From assembly GCF_009914755.1 (NCBI RefSeq), contig NC_060932.1: 64,000 bases of DNA, one strand, 5' to 3'. Origin of the DNA: the human T2T-CHM13v2.0 reference genome, Homo sapiens. Made by a program: the position numbers and the translations under genes. The number at the start of each line of letters is the position of its first letter. Position 1 is the first letter of the stretch. Below the pieces are notes generated by a model. The model saw nothing but the letters and a program-made list of their open reading frames with translations, searched no databases and was not told the origin of the DNA. Positions 29,128 to 44,480 of this stretch are shown here, piece by piece.

Positions 29128-30705
29128 ATATACATATTCTTCTATTCTCACAACAGTCTGGTGAGATAGGAATTATTATTATGTCCATTTTACAGATGAG
29201 GAAACTAAGGTAAAGACAGTTGAAGTCATTTTCCTAAGTCACACAGCTGGAAAGCAGTGGAGCCAAGCTCCAGCCCTGAGTTCACATCTCCATGCTGAGA
29301 AGTCCTTGGTCTTCTTGCCATACCAGGGCATGTCTATTCCTTCCCTACTTTTACCCAGGGTGTAAAAGGGGATAGGAAGGGAGAACAGAGACCGCCAGGC
29401 AGAGTGAAGCAAAGTAGAGTGTGCTTGTCCCTACAAGTGCAATGCTCAGTCCCTATTCCATGGCCTGGGCCACATGGAAGGTGGATGGCAGGCCTCCTAC
29501 ATGGGCTGACAATGTTGGTAACAGCCTCCCTAGGGAAACAGGTAGACTCTCTTGCCCCACTTACCAACCTCAGTGCCTGTCAGAGTAGCATCAATACACC
29601 ATAATTCTTGTGTTGAAGCACTTTAAGTGACAAGGACAAAGCAGATGCCCTTGGAAGGGACCTGGTTTGAGGTGAGATGGTGACCAGTGGTCCCCCAGAG
29701 GCCATTAGCGAACCACTGGAAGTGAGCCAGGTCCAGAGCACACAGGATAGGCTGTCTTCTCACAAGCTTTGGTTTATTTTGTCTAATTGTTTCATCTTCA
29801 CTACAACTCTATTTTAAAGTAAATATCATTATTTCCAATAATGATAATGGAGAAATAGAATCTCGGAAAGGAAAAAAATAATCTGCCAAGTAATCATTTG
29901 GCATTGGATCCCAACCCAAGTCTTCTGACTCCATATAGGGGGGAGGTGTCACAAAACAGGGGATTCCAAAAGAGTGTCACTTGGTTTATGGAGTTGTCGA
30001 AGGCAGTCCTGAAATAGTCAAGGATGCTGTAGGCTCTGCTGCTTGGTCTCAATTTACCTGTCTTCACTCCTGAAAAGATTCATTCCTTATGTTAAAATAT
30101 AGTTTAAAAACAAACCTATAAAACAGTCAACTTGTCGTTTTGGAGTCTTAGAGCGGAAAGAATGGGGCATGAACGAGGTCATAGACAATGTCATAGACTG
30201 CTGACAGTGGGAGGGGAGTATTGATTATGTTGTCAAATGGAGCACAGAGTCAAGACTCAGTCATTACGGCCTACAGCCAGGCTGGCCTGCAGTGGTACAA
30301 ATGTCCCTGATGAAGGTCAGGGAAGTGGGGCTTTTTAATTCTAGCTCTGCCCAGCTAGGGGCCACTCACTACCCACTCCGGAACTCAGTTTTCTTGACCC
30401 TAGCATGAAGGTTTGGACTTAGATGATTGTAAAGATCATTCTCTGCTTTTGGGACTAGGGAATTATTTTCCCTCTCTCTGCCTGCCAGGAGGTGAACCTT
30501 TGCAATTCTCCCAAAGCAAGGGTTTAAATGGATGATCTGATCAGACTGAGCACAGTAGGAAGGCTAAAATCCGGGTTCTGGAATCTGGCAGATCCAATTC
30601 CAAATTCCAACTTGGCTGGTTATTAATGGTGTGACCTTGGGCAGCTATTTCACCTCTTCATGGTTTCAGTTACCCTACTTACTGGGAATATACATTGTTA
30701 ATGTG

Positions 30706-31075
30706 TGTCATAGACTGAGTGTATCCCCCTCTAAAACTTGTATGTTGAAGCTTTAACATCCAATATGATTGTATTTGGAGGTAGGACCTTTGGGAGGTGA
30801 TTAGGGCTAGGCAGAGTCATAAGGGTGGGGCCTCCATGGTGGGATTAGTGTCCTTATACAAAGAGGAAGAGAGACTAGAGTTTACTGTCTCTCTGCCATG
30901 TGAGAACAGTGAGAAGATGGACATCTGTAAGTCAGGAAGAGGGCCCTCAACAGCCCGTGAGTCTGCCAGCACCTTGAACTTTCCAGCCTCCAGAACTGTG
31001 AGAAATAAATGTCTGTCGTTTAAGCCACCCAGTGTACGGTTTTTTTGTTACAGCAGCCTGAGCTGTCTAATACAT
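30706..31075 (+). mobile_element. MLT1A/B-like MaLR LTR
   Basis: GTATGTTGAAGCTTTAAC..GTATTTGGAG ... CCAGAACTGTGAGAAATAAATGTCTGTCGTTTAAGCCACCCAGT ... CTAATACA. Confidence 0.82.
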
Positions 31076-31284
31076 GCTGTGATGAGAATAAAATGAAAAA
31101 ACACACACCACAGTTCTTTGCACACAGAGTCTGTTGAACAGTGAGCCCTCAATGCAGTCTCTCTATTGGTTTAATGGTCCCTCCCTTGATTTGCTCTGAT
31201 GTAATCCTGATTTTTTTCCAATAACTGGAGCATTTCCTGAGAAGTGGCTGGCCTCCGTAGTTGCATTTTGTGGAGGTATTTCTT

Positions 31285-31430
31285 TAGGGAAGACTGTCCT
31301 TGCAATGCATTGCAAGACATTTAGCATCCCTGACCCCTCCCCTTTAATGCCAGTGCTGACTTTCTTCTTACCCCGGTCATTGTGATAACCAAAATGCCCG
31401 TTAACAGGGACAGTTCCACCTCTAGCTGAA
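31285..31430. mobile_element. Degenerate MER20-like hAT fragment
   Basis: GACTGTCCTTGCAATGCATTGCAAGACATTTAGCATCCCTG...TTGTGATAACCAAAATG. Confidence 0.5.
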
Positions 31431-31444
31431 AGCTGTAAAGATAA

Positions 31445-31913
<469 letters not shown>

Positions 31914-32189
31914 AAGAATGTCCCCTCCTTTGTTTCTACATTCCTGCAGGCCTGAGTCTCTTGGACTGACCTTTTGATGCATTGGTTGGATGGGCATTGT
32001 GATCTGCTTGGTTTCTAATGGCTGAATGAGCCACCAGAGACCTTGGTGGGCCAGGAGCTGAGGAAAGTCATTCAGTCAGACACTAAAGAAAAGATGGCAA
32101 AGACTGGGCCAAGAGTTCCCTCTGCTTTCTTGTTGCTTTCATGGAATTCATTAATTCATTCTTCTTTCATTCACCAAAACATTTGTAGT

Positions 32190-33260
32190 ACCAATAAGCC
32201 ATGAGGAAAATGCAAGTCAAAACCCCAATGAAATATCACTTCACGCCCACTTAGGAAGGCTGTAATGAAAAATACAAGTAATTACAAGTGTTGGTGAGGA
32301 TGTGGAGAAATTTAAACCCTCACTCACTGATAGCGGGAATGTCAAAGGATGCAGCTGATTTGGAAAACAATCTAGCAGTAACTCATGGTAACATGGAGTT
32401 ACCATATGACCCGGTAATTTTACTCCTAAGTATATACCCAAGAGAAATGAAAACATCTATCCACACAGAACCTCAGGCACAAATGTTCATAGCAGCATTA
32501 TTTATAATAGCCAAAGATTGGAAACAACCCAAATGTCCATCCACGGATGAATGGATAAACTGGTACATCCATAAAATGGAATATTATTTGGCAACAAAAA
32601 GGAATGAAGTACTGATACATGCCACAACATGGATGAACCTTGACAACATTATGCTAGGTGAAAGAAGACAGTCAAAAAGATCACATATTGTATGATTCCA
32701 TTTATGTCAAATATCCAGAATAGGAAAGGACAAAGACTGTAGGATTTCACTAATATGAGGCATCTAAAGTAGTCACATTCGTAGACATAGAAAGTATGTA
32801 GAATGCTGGTCACTGGGGGCTGAGAGGCGGAGGAAGGGGAGTTGTTTAATGGGTACAGAGTTTCAATTCTGCAAGATGAAGTTCTGGAGATCTGTTTCAC
32901 AACAATGTGAACACAATACTGAACTGTACACTTAAAATGGTTAAGATAGTAAATTTTATGACATATGATTCTTATTACAATTTTTTTAAATGTTTAAAAA
33001 ATAATTCAGAATAGGTAAATCCAAGAGGTAGGACACAGATGGGTTGCTGCCTGGGGTTGGGGGGACAAGCAATGGTCCCAGGGGATAATAGGAAGTGGCT
33101 GCTTAATGGGTTTGGGGTTTCCTTTTGGGGTAATGAAATTATTTTGAAATGAGATAGAGGTGGTGGTTGCATAAATTGTGAATGTATTAAATGTCTTGAA
33201 TTGTTCACTTTAAAATGTTGAATTTTCATGTTGCATGAATTTCACCTCAATTAAAAAATA
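32190..33260 (+). mobile_element. L1MB-like ORF2 C-terminus and 3'UTR, followed by a second L1M 3' piece
   Basis: ORF 32288-32695 translates to degenerate L1 ORF2p tail (MFIAALFIIAKDWKQPKCPSTDEWIN..YIHKMEYY). Confidence 0.88.
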
Positions 33261-33559
33261 AAGATAGTGACTTTTGTGGCGCATAAAACAGTATTTATTG
33301 TAATTTGATTATAATTTGAAGATTTCTTCCCCCTTATATGGGAGCTTCAAGAAGCAGTTTGCATTTGTCAAAAATGCTGCATGCTGGAGCTGTCGTGGAG
33401 GTCTGAGTGCAGAATGATAGGATGAGCCATTCTTTTTGTTAAACCTGGTAGCTTTCTGGGTTTTCCAAAATGCTAAGATGATTTTCAACATATTAATTAC
33501 TGGATTGTACCCAGAATATTTGTTTAATATATATGTTTCTAGTATTCTAGATCTCTCCC

Positions 33560-33850
33560 TTTTTTTGAGACAAGGTCTCTCTTTGTTGCCCAGGCTAGAG
33601 TGCAGTGGCGTGATCACAGCTCACTGAAGCCTCAACCTCCCGGCTCAAGTGATCTTCCGACCACCTCAGCCTCTTGAGTAGCTGGGACTACAGGCACACA
33701 TCACCATGCCCAGCTCATTTTTGAATTTTTTGTAGAGACAGTGTCTCATTATGTTGCCAAGGCTAGTCTTGAACTCCTGGGCTCAAGTGAATCTCCTGCC
33801 TCAGCCTCCCAAGGTGGTGGGATTACAGGCATGAGCCACTGTGCCCGGCC
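33560..33850 (-). mobile_element. AluJ
   Basis: Antisense Alu dimer. Confidence 0.88.
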
Positions 33851-36689
33851 TATATCTCATACATAGAAAAAAATCCAAATGTGAACGCTTAGAATTTGGG
33901 GATTCTACTTAAAATTCTGTAAAGAATTGTTCTCTTATTAGGAGCATACTGATTAAAGGGTAACATTTTGAGGAAAAAAACATCCCACACATTAGTGCTT
34001 TAGGGGAAAATGTGGCTAGTATAAGCAGAGAAGGAATGATGTTTGCTTCTAGACCTTGCTTGTTGCTTGTAGCATTCTTGGTGGCGATGACACATGATGG
34101 GAAATGCTTTGAGGAAGAAGAGAATGGAATGGCTGAGTCTGAATTGAGCTCAGAGGCCTGACTCAATGGTTCTGTGAGAGGTACAGGCCCGGAAGAACAG
34201 CCAGGGAGACACCTGCTGATGCGAAGCTAAGAGCTGGCAGTGCTGCCCTAGTTCCTAGAGAGACCATGTCCTTCAAGACCTTGTCCTGGATTCACTGTTT
34301 GGTCCCTGGTGCAATGTGAGGGCTCTCAGAGGTGGGACTAAAAGCCTTCAAGGATTGTCTCACCATTTTGGAGGAACTACTGCAACTCATTCATTAAGGT
34401 GGAGGTAAAAACATGGATGTAGATTATGGGCATTTCTTCATAATCTTAATAAAATACCAAATTCAGGGACAAGAGATGATGATGTCACCAGCTGGCTGAT
34501 GACAGGCAAGTCACTCGTCTTTTCTATTCCCCACTGCACTTACTTGTCGGGTGAAGGACAGCCCCAGAAACACTCCCCAGCAGCTGGTTCAAATCTGTAT
34601 CATTCTAACAAAATAAAAACGTATAGCAAGGTTGATCAGGTAACCTATACATTTAAAGCCTGGGCCATAAAGGCCACACAAAGGTAAGGAATTTTGAGTG
34701 GAGATTTACAACACTAGTGCACTTTATTTTCTCAATTAACACTCATCTGTGGGGCAACTAATACTTTAGCGAGTGCTGTGCTGGGTGCTGGGTGCTGGGA
34801 AGACAAGGCAAGACGTACCTGTACCCTTGCCTTGAAGGAGCTGAGAACCCAGAGAGAGAGACAGTCAAGTGAAGCGATGATGGCAGGGACAGTGGGGCAG
34901 TGGCAGGGGCTTGTGCAGGCGCAGAGGAGCCCCAGGTAGAGCTGGTGTCTCCTCATGCAGGGGCGTTCAATCTGAGTCTCAGAGGATGATACTCTAGACA
35001 TGGCTTTTTTTGGCTTCAAGGAATAAACATCTCTTCAAACTAGCAAAGGTGAAAAAGAAGCTTTTACTGAGAGGACTGAGGGATCTCATGGGGCCCGAGA
35101 TCAGGAAATGAGTTATGGAGCCCAGGGTCACTGAGCCGCAAAGGGACACTGAGAAGTCTAGAATCTTCTCCCTCCACAGTCGGGCCTTCCCCCTCCCCTC
35201 CCGCAGCCCCGCACTCTGTGACTGTCTGCTGTTTCAGTCTCTGTACATCAGCCCCTTCCATGCACTCATCAGCTTGTAAATGATCCCGAAACGGTGGCCA
35301 TAGCCCCCAAGCCTACAATTCAGATAAACTTCTAATGCCCTTCGCTTTGTTTTTGTCTGTTTGATCACTCCCTGGCCACTTGTAGAGTTAATTCAAATTC
35401 TAGAGAGAAACAGCGCTCGGATTGATCCAGCTCAGTTCTTCAATCCAGGCCACCCAGTCACTAGTCAGCCAATGCGCATTGCCGTCTTTGGCTCAGGCGA
35501 CCGTTCCCTGTCAGGCCAGCAGAGTGAGAGAGTCTAACGGGGTCCCTCTTCCAAGGGTGCGGGCCAGGCGAGTTATAGAGGAAGGTTGTTTTGCTTTGTT
35601 TTTGTTTTCTAATCTGGTGGAGAAGAGACAAAAGGAGAAATGGGAAGGAAAACAGGGGCCTCTCTGGCAAGCAAGTCGCAGGTGTGAGGCCCAGAAGCCT
35701 GAACAGTAATAGCGCATTGGAGGCACCTGAGAGGCTCAGTGACGGCGTCTTCACCCAGAGGCACTATTCAAATAGCAACTCGTGTGGCATGGGCACCGGC
35801 CACTCAGAACGGGCAGCGGCAGGGACAGCGGGATGGCAGGAAGTCCTGACCATCCGACCTGCCCTGATGTGTCATGATGTTTCCTTGTGCATGTGCATTT
35901 TTCATGAGGCGTGTGGCCATCTCTTATCAGCCTTTGTGACCTCATTTCCTCCTTTTTCAAATGAGCACTTCCAGGAGCCCAGGGGAAGGGTTGGCTTTGG
36001 AGGGTTTGGCCAGGGTTGGGGGGCACCTCCAGGCCCCTGCGGAGTGGACAGCGCAGTTGTGCCTTCCAGCTGCTGCTTAGGTCTTAGGGAAACTCATCTG
36101 CTCAAGGGGGCTTAGGGAATCTGATTTGCTTTTCCTTTTCTCAGCCTTTCTGAGCATAGGGAGAAGGAGGAAGCAGTTCGAATCCCATTGCGGGCTGCAG
36201 AGAGTTCTGGATGAGTAAGCACCAAAAACGTGGGAAGTTTCTGAAAAGGGTTTCTCAGCCAGCAGTGCTTTCACCCCTTGCTGGGCGAGTCGCTGCCGTG
36301 CAGTGCAGATGACTCATCTGGGTAACTCCCTTGACAGAAGGAGCCAGCCAAGCTGCAGCAAATGTGCGTTGGGGGGATGGGGAAGAAAGGAATGAACACA
36401 GAGCATTCCCTGTCACCAGACGCTATGCTAGACACTATGTGTATCATCTTATTAAATGATCCCAAATACCCTGTGACGATTCCATCCCAGATACTCTGGC
36501 CCCACCACACACCTTGGGATCCACTACATGAACACTTCCTTTCCTGACGTCCCCAGGGCCCACCTATTTCACATGAAGCTCTGGATACTGTCAGAAAAAA
36601 ACATCCAACACCTGGAGATAAGGCCAAGAAGGTGGCCGGCACATCCTTTCAATATCGTAGGTGGTAACAGGCCACCTTTATGAATCTCG

Positions 36690-37190
36690 CAGTCTAATAC
36701 AATAGCCACTAGCCAAGTGTGGTTACAGAGCTCCTGACATACGCCAGTGTGAATTGAGATGTGCTGTAAGTGTATGATCTACACTGGGTTTCAAAGACTT
36801 AGTATGACAAAAATTATAATGTACCTTATTAACATTTTTAATGTTGAGTTCATGTTGAAATAGTATTTTTGATATATTGGGTTAAAGAAAACATCATTTA
36901 AATTAATTTCAGGTTAGGTGAGGTGGCTCATGCCTGTAATCCTAGCACTTTGGGAGGCCAAGGCAGGAGGATTGCTTGAGCCCAGGAGTTTGAGACCAGC
37001 CTTGGCAACATAGAGAGACCCTGTCTCTACAAACAAAAAACAAAACAAATAGCCAGGTGTGGTGGTGGAGATATTTTGCATTCTTTTTTTATAGTAAGTC
37101 TTCAAAATCTAGCACATCTCAGTTTGGACCAGCCACATTTCAACTTCTTAAGAGTCACATACAGTGAGTAGCTACCATATTGAGCAGTGC
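36690..37190. mobile_element. MER3/MER33-like hAT MITE containing a truncated + strand Alu (~36911-37068)
   Basis: TAGCCACTAGCCAAGTGTGG...GCACATCTCAGTTTGGACCAGCCACATTTCAA motifs. Confidence 0.7.
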
Positions 37191-39869
37191 AGGTTTCGAT
37201 CCTATGCTTAGAAGGATCATGACCAACAAATAAAGGCAGTTCAAGTTCTCTAGTGTTCCAGTGTGAGCTGGAAGGCAGTTGTCTCTACAAAGGGATCTTT
37301 TTCTATCCAAGGCAACCACAGGGCTGGGGATGGTAGGTGTGGAGCTGTACCTTAAAGCATATGTTAATGCTCTGGAAATCCATGTCTTTCCTTCAGACAT
37401 TTCCCTCCTCTCTGTTCATAAGCTACATGACCTTGAGCAAATCACCTCCTCTCTTGGGTTCTCAGCTTCCTTATTTGCAAAATGAGAGGGTTGAACTTGA
37501 AGATGAGGCCCCTTCTGTCTTTGATGTGTCATCATTCTCTGAACCACCACTCGGGCAGCATCCTCTGGGGAGCAGCCACCCACTCTTGGGAGCTCTCAGG
37601 CACTTCCCAGAGCTGCCACCTGCTCTGAGCTACCTCTAGAGTAAGTGGTGCTCGGAGGCTGGGAAATGAATATTAAGCTGCCTACCCAACCTAAGAGTAG
37701 CTGCTCCCTTTGGAGAGGTGGGGAGATAAGACTTTGGATGTGTAGAATTCTAGGCGTACCTTTCTTTTTGGCCTACGCATGTATTTTTAAGGGGCACCTC
37801 TTGCTTCCTGGAGCTGCTGTGGTTAATCATTAGCAATAGAAGATAAAGGAAGTTTAGCAGTAGAATTATCTTCTGAGGATCCCCAAGAGACTGTGAAGGA
37901 AAGTCAAAGTCTGAGTGTAACAAAGGAAAAAGGGAAGCTACACACTAATTGCTCACTGAAGGAGCTATAACGAAGTCTTAATTTCTGTAGCTAAAAGTCA
38001 CTGGAGCCTTTGATTAAACAAGGGGTTTGATGGTGAATATTTCTCTTAAATAAATCAACGAGGGGAAACCAAAGTGGATATGCCTTCCCCGACCCAAGAT
38101 AATGTCTGTCCCCTGGGGACCCAACAACCAAATAACAAAAAGAGGCCTAACTGGACGGTGCCCCAGAAGTGCACCTATGGGCAGAAACTACAGGAACCAA
38201 TTTCTGTCTGTAAGTGGAGGGAAACTCTGAGGGTGAGAAAGCCCTGCAAATCAATGGGCAGGAAATGCATGTCCCAGAGGTCCAGGCGGAGTCCAAATGA
38301 CCACCTGGGAAAAATGGTACACGTGGTGGCTTAGAACCCTCCATCTGTGCCTCGTTGTTGAAATTACCTTACGATATTGTTTCTCTATCTCTTTTTAAAA
38401 TCTGACACTGACACTGCAATCTGTTGTTAAATAATAGTTGTGCTTGAATCCTGATCAAGTGATAAGGTTCTGTGCCTTTTATTCAACTTCTGTGCATTGC
38501 CTGGGCCAGAGTAGCTACTCATTAGATGTTGAAAGAATGAATAAGCCAATCAATCAAACAAAAAACTGATGGATAAATGAATGAGTGAATTCATGAATGA
38601 ATGAACATGTGATTCTTACATCAGATGGGTAGTTGGACTAGGTCATTTTCTTCAACCCTGAGGTTCAACGGTTCAGTGAAGTACGAACAGAGAGGAGTCC
38701 ATGACTCCCTTCTCTGATGCTGAGGTCTGGCAGGTGACAGTCCTTTCTCCTGACCTTTCCTTCCAGCAGAACAGCCTGGAGTTCATGCAGCAGGGGTCCC
38801 TCTTCTCCTGGTGGTGACTTCTAACAGAAAGGGGCTGGGGGAGAAGCAGGGGCAGAGATGCCTTCTGTCACCTTGGAGCTTTTCCATTCAGGATGGTTCC
38901 CGTTTGTCACGTTAAGCCACAAGACTGGCCTTATATACAAGGGCCCTAGAGAGCCCTTCAGTGGTATGATTCATGAGATGCTAGGGAGAGCACAAAATAT
39001 TGCCTTCTCTGCTGCCTGAAATCCCACCATTGTGGGGTGCACTGATAATTCCTTTGCATCTTGAAGGATGGGAATTTTAGGAGTTCTCTAGCATAGTACA
39101 TGTAAATCTGGGAGAAGAGGCATCTTTAGCCTTCTTAGTGCTTATCAGCTTTGCCCTTAGCTTGGAAGGAACCCAGCAAGGGGTGCTGGAGACCCACTCT
39201 GCTGCCCTCCTCCCCAGGCACTGCAGGACCTGGACCCTCCCTCCCTAGAGCTTGGGGATATCAGTCACTCACCTGTAGGAACAGCCAGTGCCTTGCATGT
39301 GTTCTGGGCTCTGCTCCCGCCTGCCCCTCCATACCTATCGCCCTCTGCTTCTCCACACAAACCTTGGCTTCATCCAGACAAGCCTTCCTCATTCCACTCC
39401 CCAGGCTCTGTCCACCCCAGCTTTACCTGGCCTACCCTCCTTCCAATCCAGGCTCCAGCGCTGCTTGGCAAGCCTTGGATGTCTGATTAGGGGCCAGCCG
39501 GTTAACTTGCCTAGTTTCTTCAGTATCAAAACAGGAAGATTTGTATCAACCCTGTCGATCTCACAGGGCAGTTGTAAGAAGTAAGGAATAATCCTGATTA
39601 TGAAAGTGTTGTTTTTTAATTTTATTTTATCTGTTTATTTTTTTAGAGATGTGGTCTCAATATGTTGCCCTGGATGATTTTAAGTTCCTGGCCTTAAGCA
39701 GTCCTCTCACCTCAGCCTCCCAAAGTACTGGGATTACACGCAGGAGCTACCATGCCCAGCCAATGAAAATGTTTGAAAATTTCAAAATGCTACACAAACA
39801 CAGGGTTATTATAATGCTGATCCTAAAGGACCAGCAAACACAGGCACTCACGTAAACTCGGGTTTTTAA

Positions 39870-42125
<2,256 letters not shown>

Positions 42126-42934
42126 CACCTGGCTTCTTTTACTTAACAATATATTTTGTAGGTTTTTTCATGTGAAAACATAAAAAGCTTCCTCTTTCTT
42201 TTTATGGCTGTTTGGTGTTCAGTAGACTGATAGATATATAGGTGGTTTCCAGTCATGTGCTATTTAAGCAAAGCTGCATTGAATAACTTTGGTATATGAG
42301 TATTTCTACAGGAAATCTTCCTAGAAGCAGATTGCTCAGTTGCTGGGGTATGTGACTTTGAAATTGAAAGGATATTGCCAAATTGTCCTCTGAGTTGGTT
42401 GTACCAAGTGACACCCCACAGCAATGCCCAAATGCTTTCTCCTCACCACCACAGTGGCTTTTCAGGCTCTGTGATCCTTGCTAAGGTCTCTCTACTCTCA
42501 GACCTGCACACTAGGCCTGACAAGACTCATTTCTCATTTTGTATCCAGTATGACCTTCCAGTTTGTTTAGAACCAGATGTCACTCTTCTGGTGACTAATG
42601 CAATATAAACTTCCAGGAAAAACAAAAACACATCCTCCCTACAAGGTACGTCATGATTCTATCCAAATGGCCATTATGTTTTTAGGGTATGATTTAATCC
42701 TTATTTAAACAAATCCCTTCTTGCCCAAGACTACATGGCTCTGTGTAGGCAATGGCTCTGCCATGGTGCCTTAGCACTGCTGCATGTTACCCATATGGGC
42801 AAAGGCTTGCGTCACAGCTTCTCTGTGTCTTGGCAGAAGACCTCGGGATCCTCCCAGAACGCAGAGGCAGGGAGACCTCTATGAAGCTGCTATGAGGCCA
42901 TCCCCCACTCACCTCCCTATGTCCCCTGGAAGGC

Positions 42935-44478
42935 TGTCACAGGATTCTTGGGGTGTCACTTTTTCAGCTGGAAACCTCTGTGGCCAGTGGCGTCTTTGCC
43001 TGAGTTTTGTTTGGGCCCCCTGGGCTTGTTCTGCCCACTCAGCCCAGCAGGCTGTGCTTGGCTCACACTACCGGCCCGGATCCCACACCTGCCAGGGGCA
43101 AGCCAGGTGCTGAGCAGCAAGGGATGTGTGAGCAAGCACAGGGTCTGGCCACTGTGCACAGCCAGGTGTATGGGCTGCCAGGTGTATGGGCTGTGCTGGA
43201 GAGGACAGTTCCAGGTGCTGGCCCAGGCACCTGCTGCATGTGAGGCTGCAGCTGGATCAGGCGTATCATATCGCAAGCGCTTCTACTGCAGGCACTGGGC
43301 AACGTGGTGGCACCCAGAAGCTTGGAGACAACAGGAACTGCAGAGCCCCAAAGAGGGTGTCACAGACCTGGCTCGGGGAGCTCCTAGGTCTGGGCTCCCT
43401 AAAGGGTAGCAGTTCTCTCCTAGTCACCTGCAACATGGTGAGTGGGGTGGGGGGCGTGTTTCAGCCCTGTTTGTGTTACAGCTCTTTCAGTCCCGCCATT
43501 CAGCGGGTCCGAGTTCTTGTCGCAAGTCCAGGAAGAATGAGGTATATGGAAAACTGGAGGGTGAGCAAGGCAGAGAGGAGCTTCATTGAGTGACAGAACA
43601 GCTCTCAGGAGACCTGAAGTGGGTAGTTCCTTTCTGCAGGCACGTGGTCCTGAGGAGTGTCCAGCTCTCAGGGGAGAGGAGACCCGGAGTGAGAAGCTCT
43701 TATCCGCAGGCAGGTCATCCTGACATCTCTCTGCGAGTCTAGCTGAGTCTGGGACTTCTACGGGTTTTGAAGGGAGGAAGTGTGTGCTGATTGGTCCATG
43801 GGTGGCCATCGGCGGGGCTGGAAAAAACACCAAAAGTTCTCACTCCCGCGGTGGACTCCACTGGGAACCGACAGGCCCCAGGCCTCAGGTCGTCCCTGTC
43901 TTCAAAGTGGGGCTTCACCGGGACCGCCCCTTTCCACCCGGGAACCTATCTGCCTCCTGCTGCCATTGACAGGTTTGTCCACCGCAATGCCCTGGCTATC
44001 CGTGCCATGGGGGACCTGCAGGCCCCTTTCAGCCTTCCTCCCCGTGCTCGTTGGCACCCAAAGTCTGGAGGGGGCAGAGGCGGCAGGGGGCTGGCATGGC
44101 AGGGCTGCCCCGAGTGTACGCACACCCGGCCGGGTTGCAAAGCGCCCGGACTTGACCAAAACTTTGCTCAGTCCCGGAGCAGACACTGGGAGTCGGGAGA
44201 AGCCACGCATCTGGAGCAGGCACTTCTGAGCCTGCAGAGGAAAGGGGACTTCCCGGGGCCCCCGAGAGCACAGGGATGCCCGGTTTGGGAGCCTTGGCTA
44301 GGCAGCTGCAGCTGCGCAGGAGGGTGGGGCTTCCGCCCCGCCGACTCAGAAGCGGGCGGGGCTTCGGCCTCTTCCCGGCTCCCGCCAGCTCCGTGGAGCC
44401 TGGAGCCCCAGCCGCGCCTCCCTGGCTGCAGCTGCTGTATTCACAGCAGCCGCTTCAGGCGGGCCGCCACGGCGATCA
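42935..44478 (-). mobile_element. MER52-family ERV1 solo LTR (~1.5 kb)
   Basis: TG...CA termini on the - strand (TGATCGCCGTGGCGGCCCG ... GTGACA); internal GCCTGAGTTTTG..GGATCCCACACCTGCCA and GGAAGAATGAGGTA motifs match MER52 (recall). Confidence 0.85.
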
Positions 44479-44480
44479 GT
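44101..44480. promoter_or_regulatory. CpG-island-like segment with GC boxes in the 5' part of the MER52 LTR
   Basis: About 29 CpG in 380 bp by manual count; CCGCCC at 44333-44338 and GGGCGGGGC at 44354-44362. Confidence 0.6.

Noticed and set aside
32288-32695. 135-aa L1 ORF2p-like ORF
   Set aside because: Degenerate C-terminal fragment of an ancient truncated L1; no EN/RT domains or promoter
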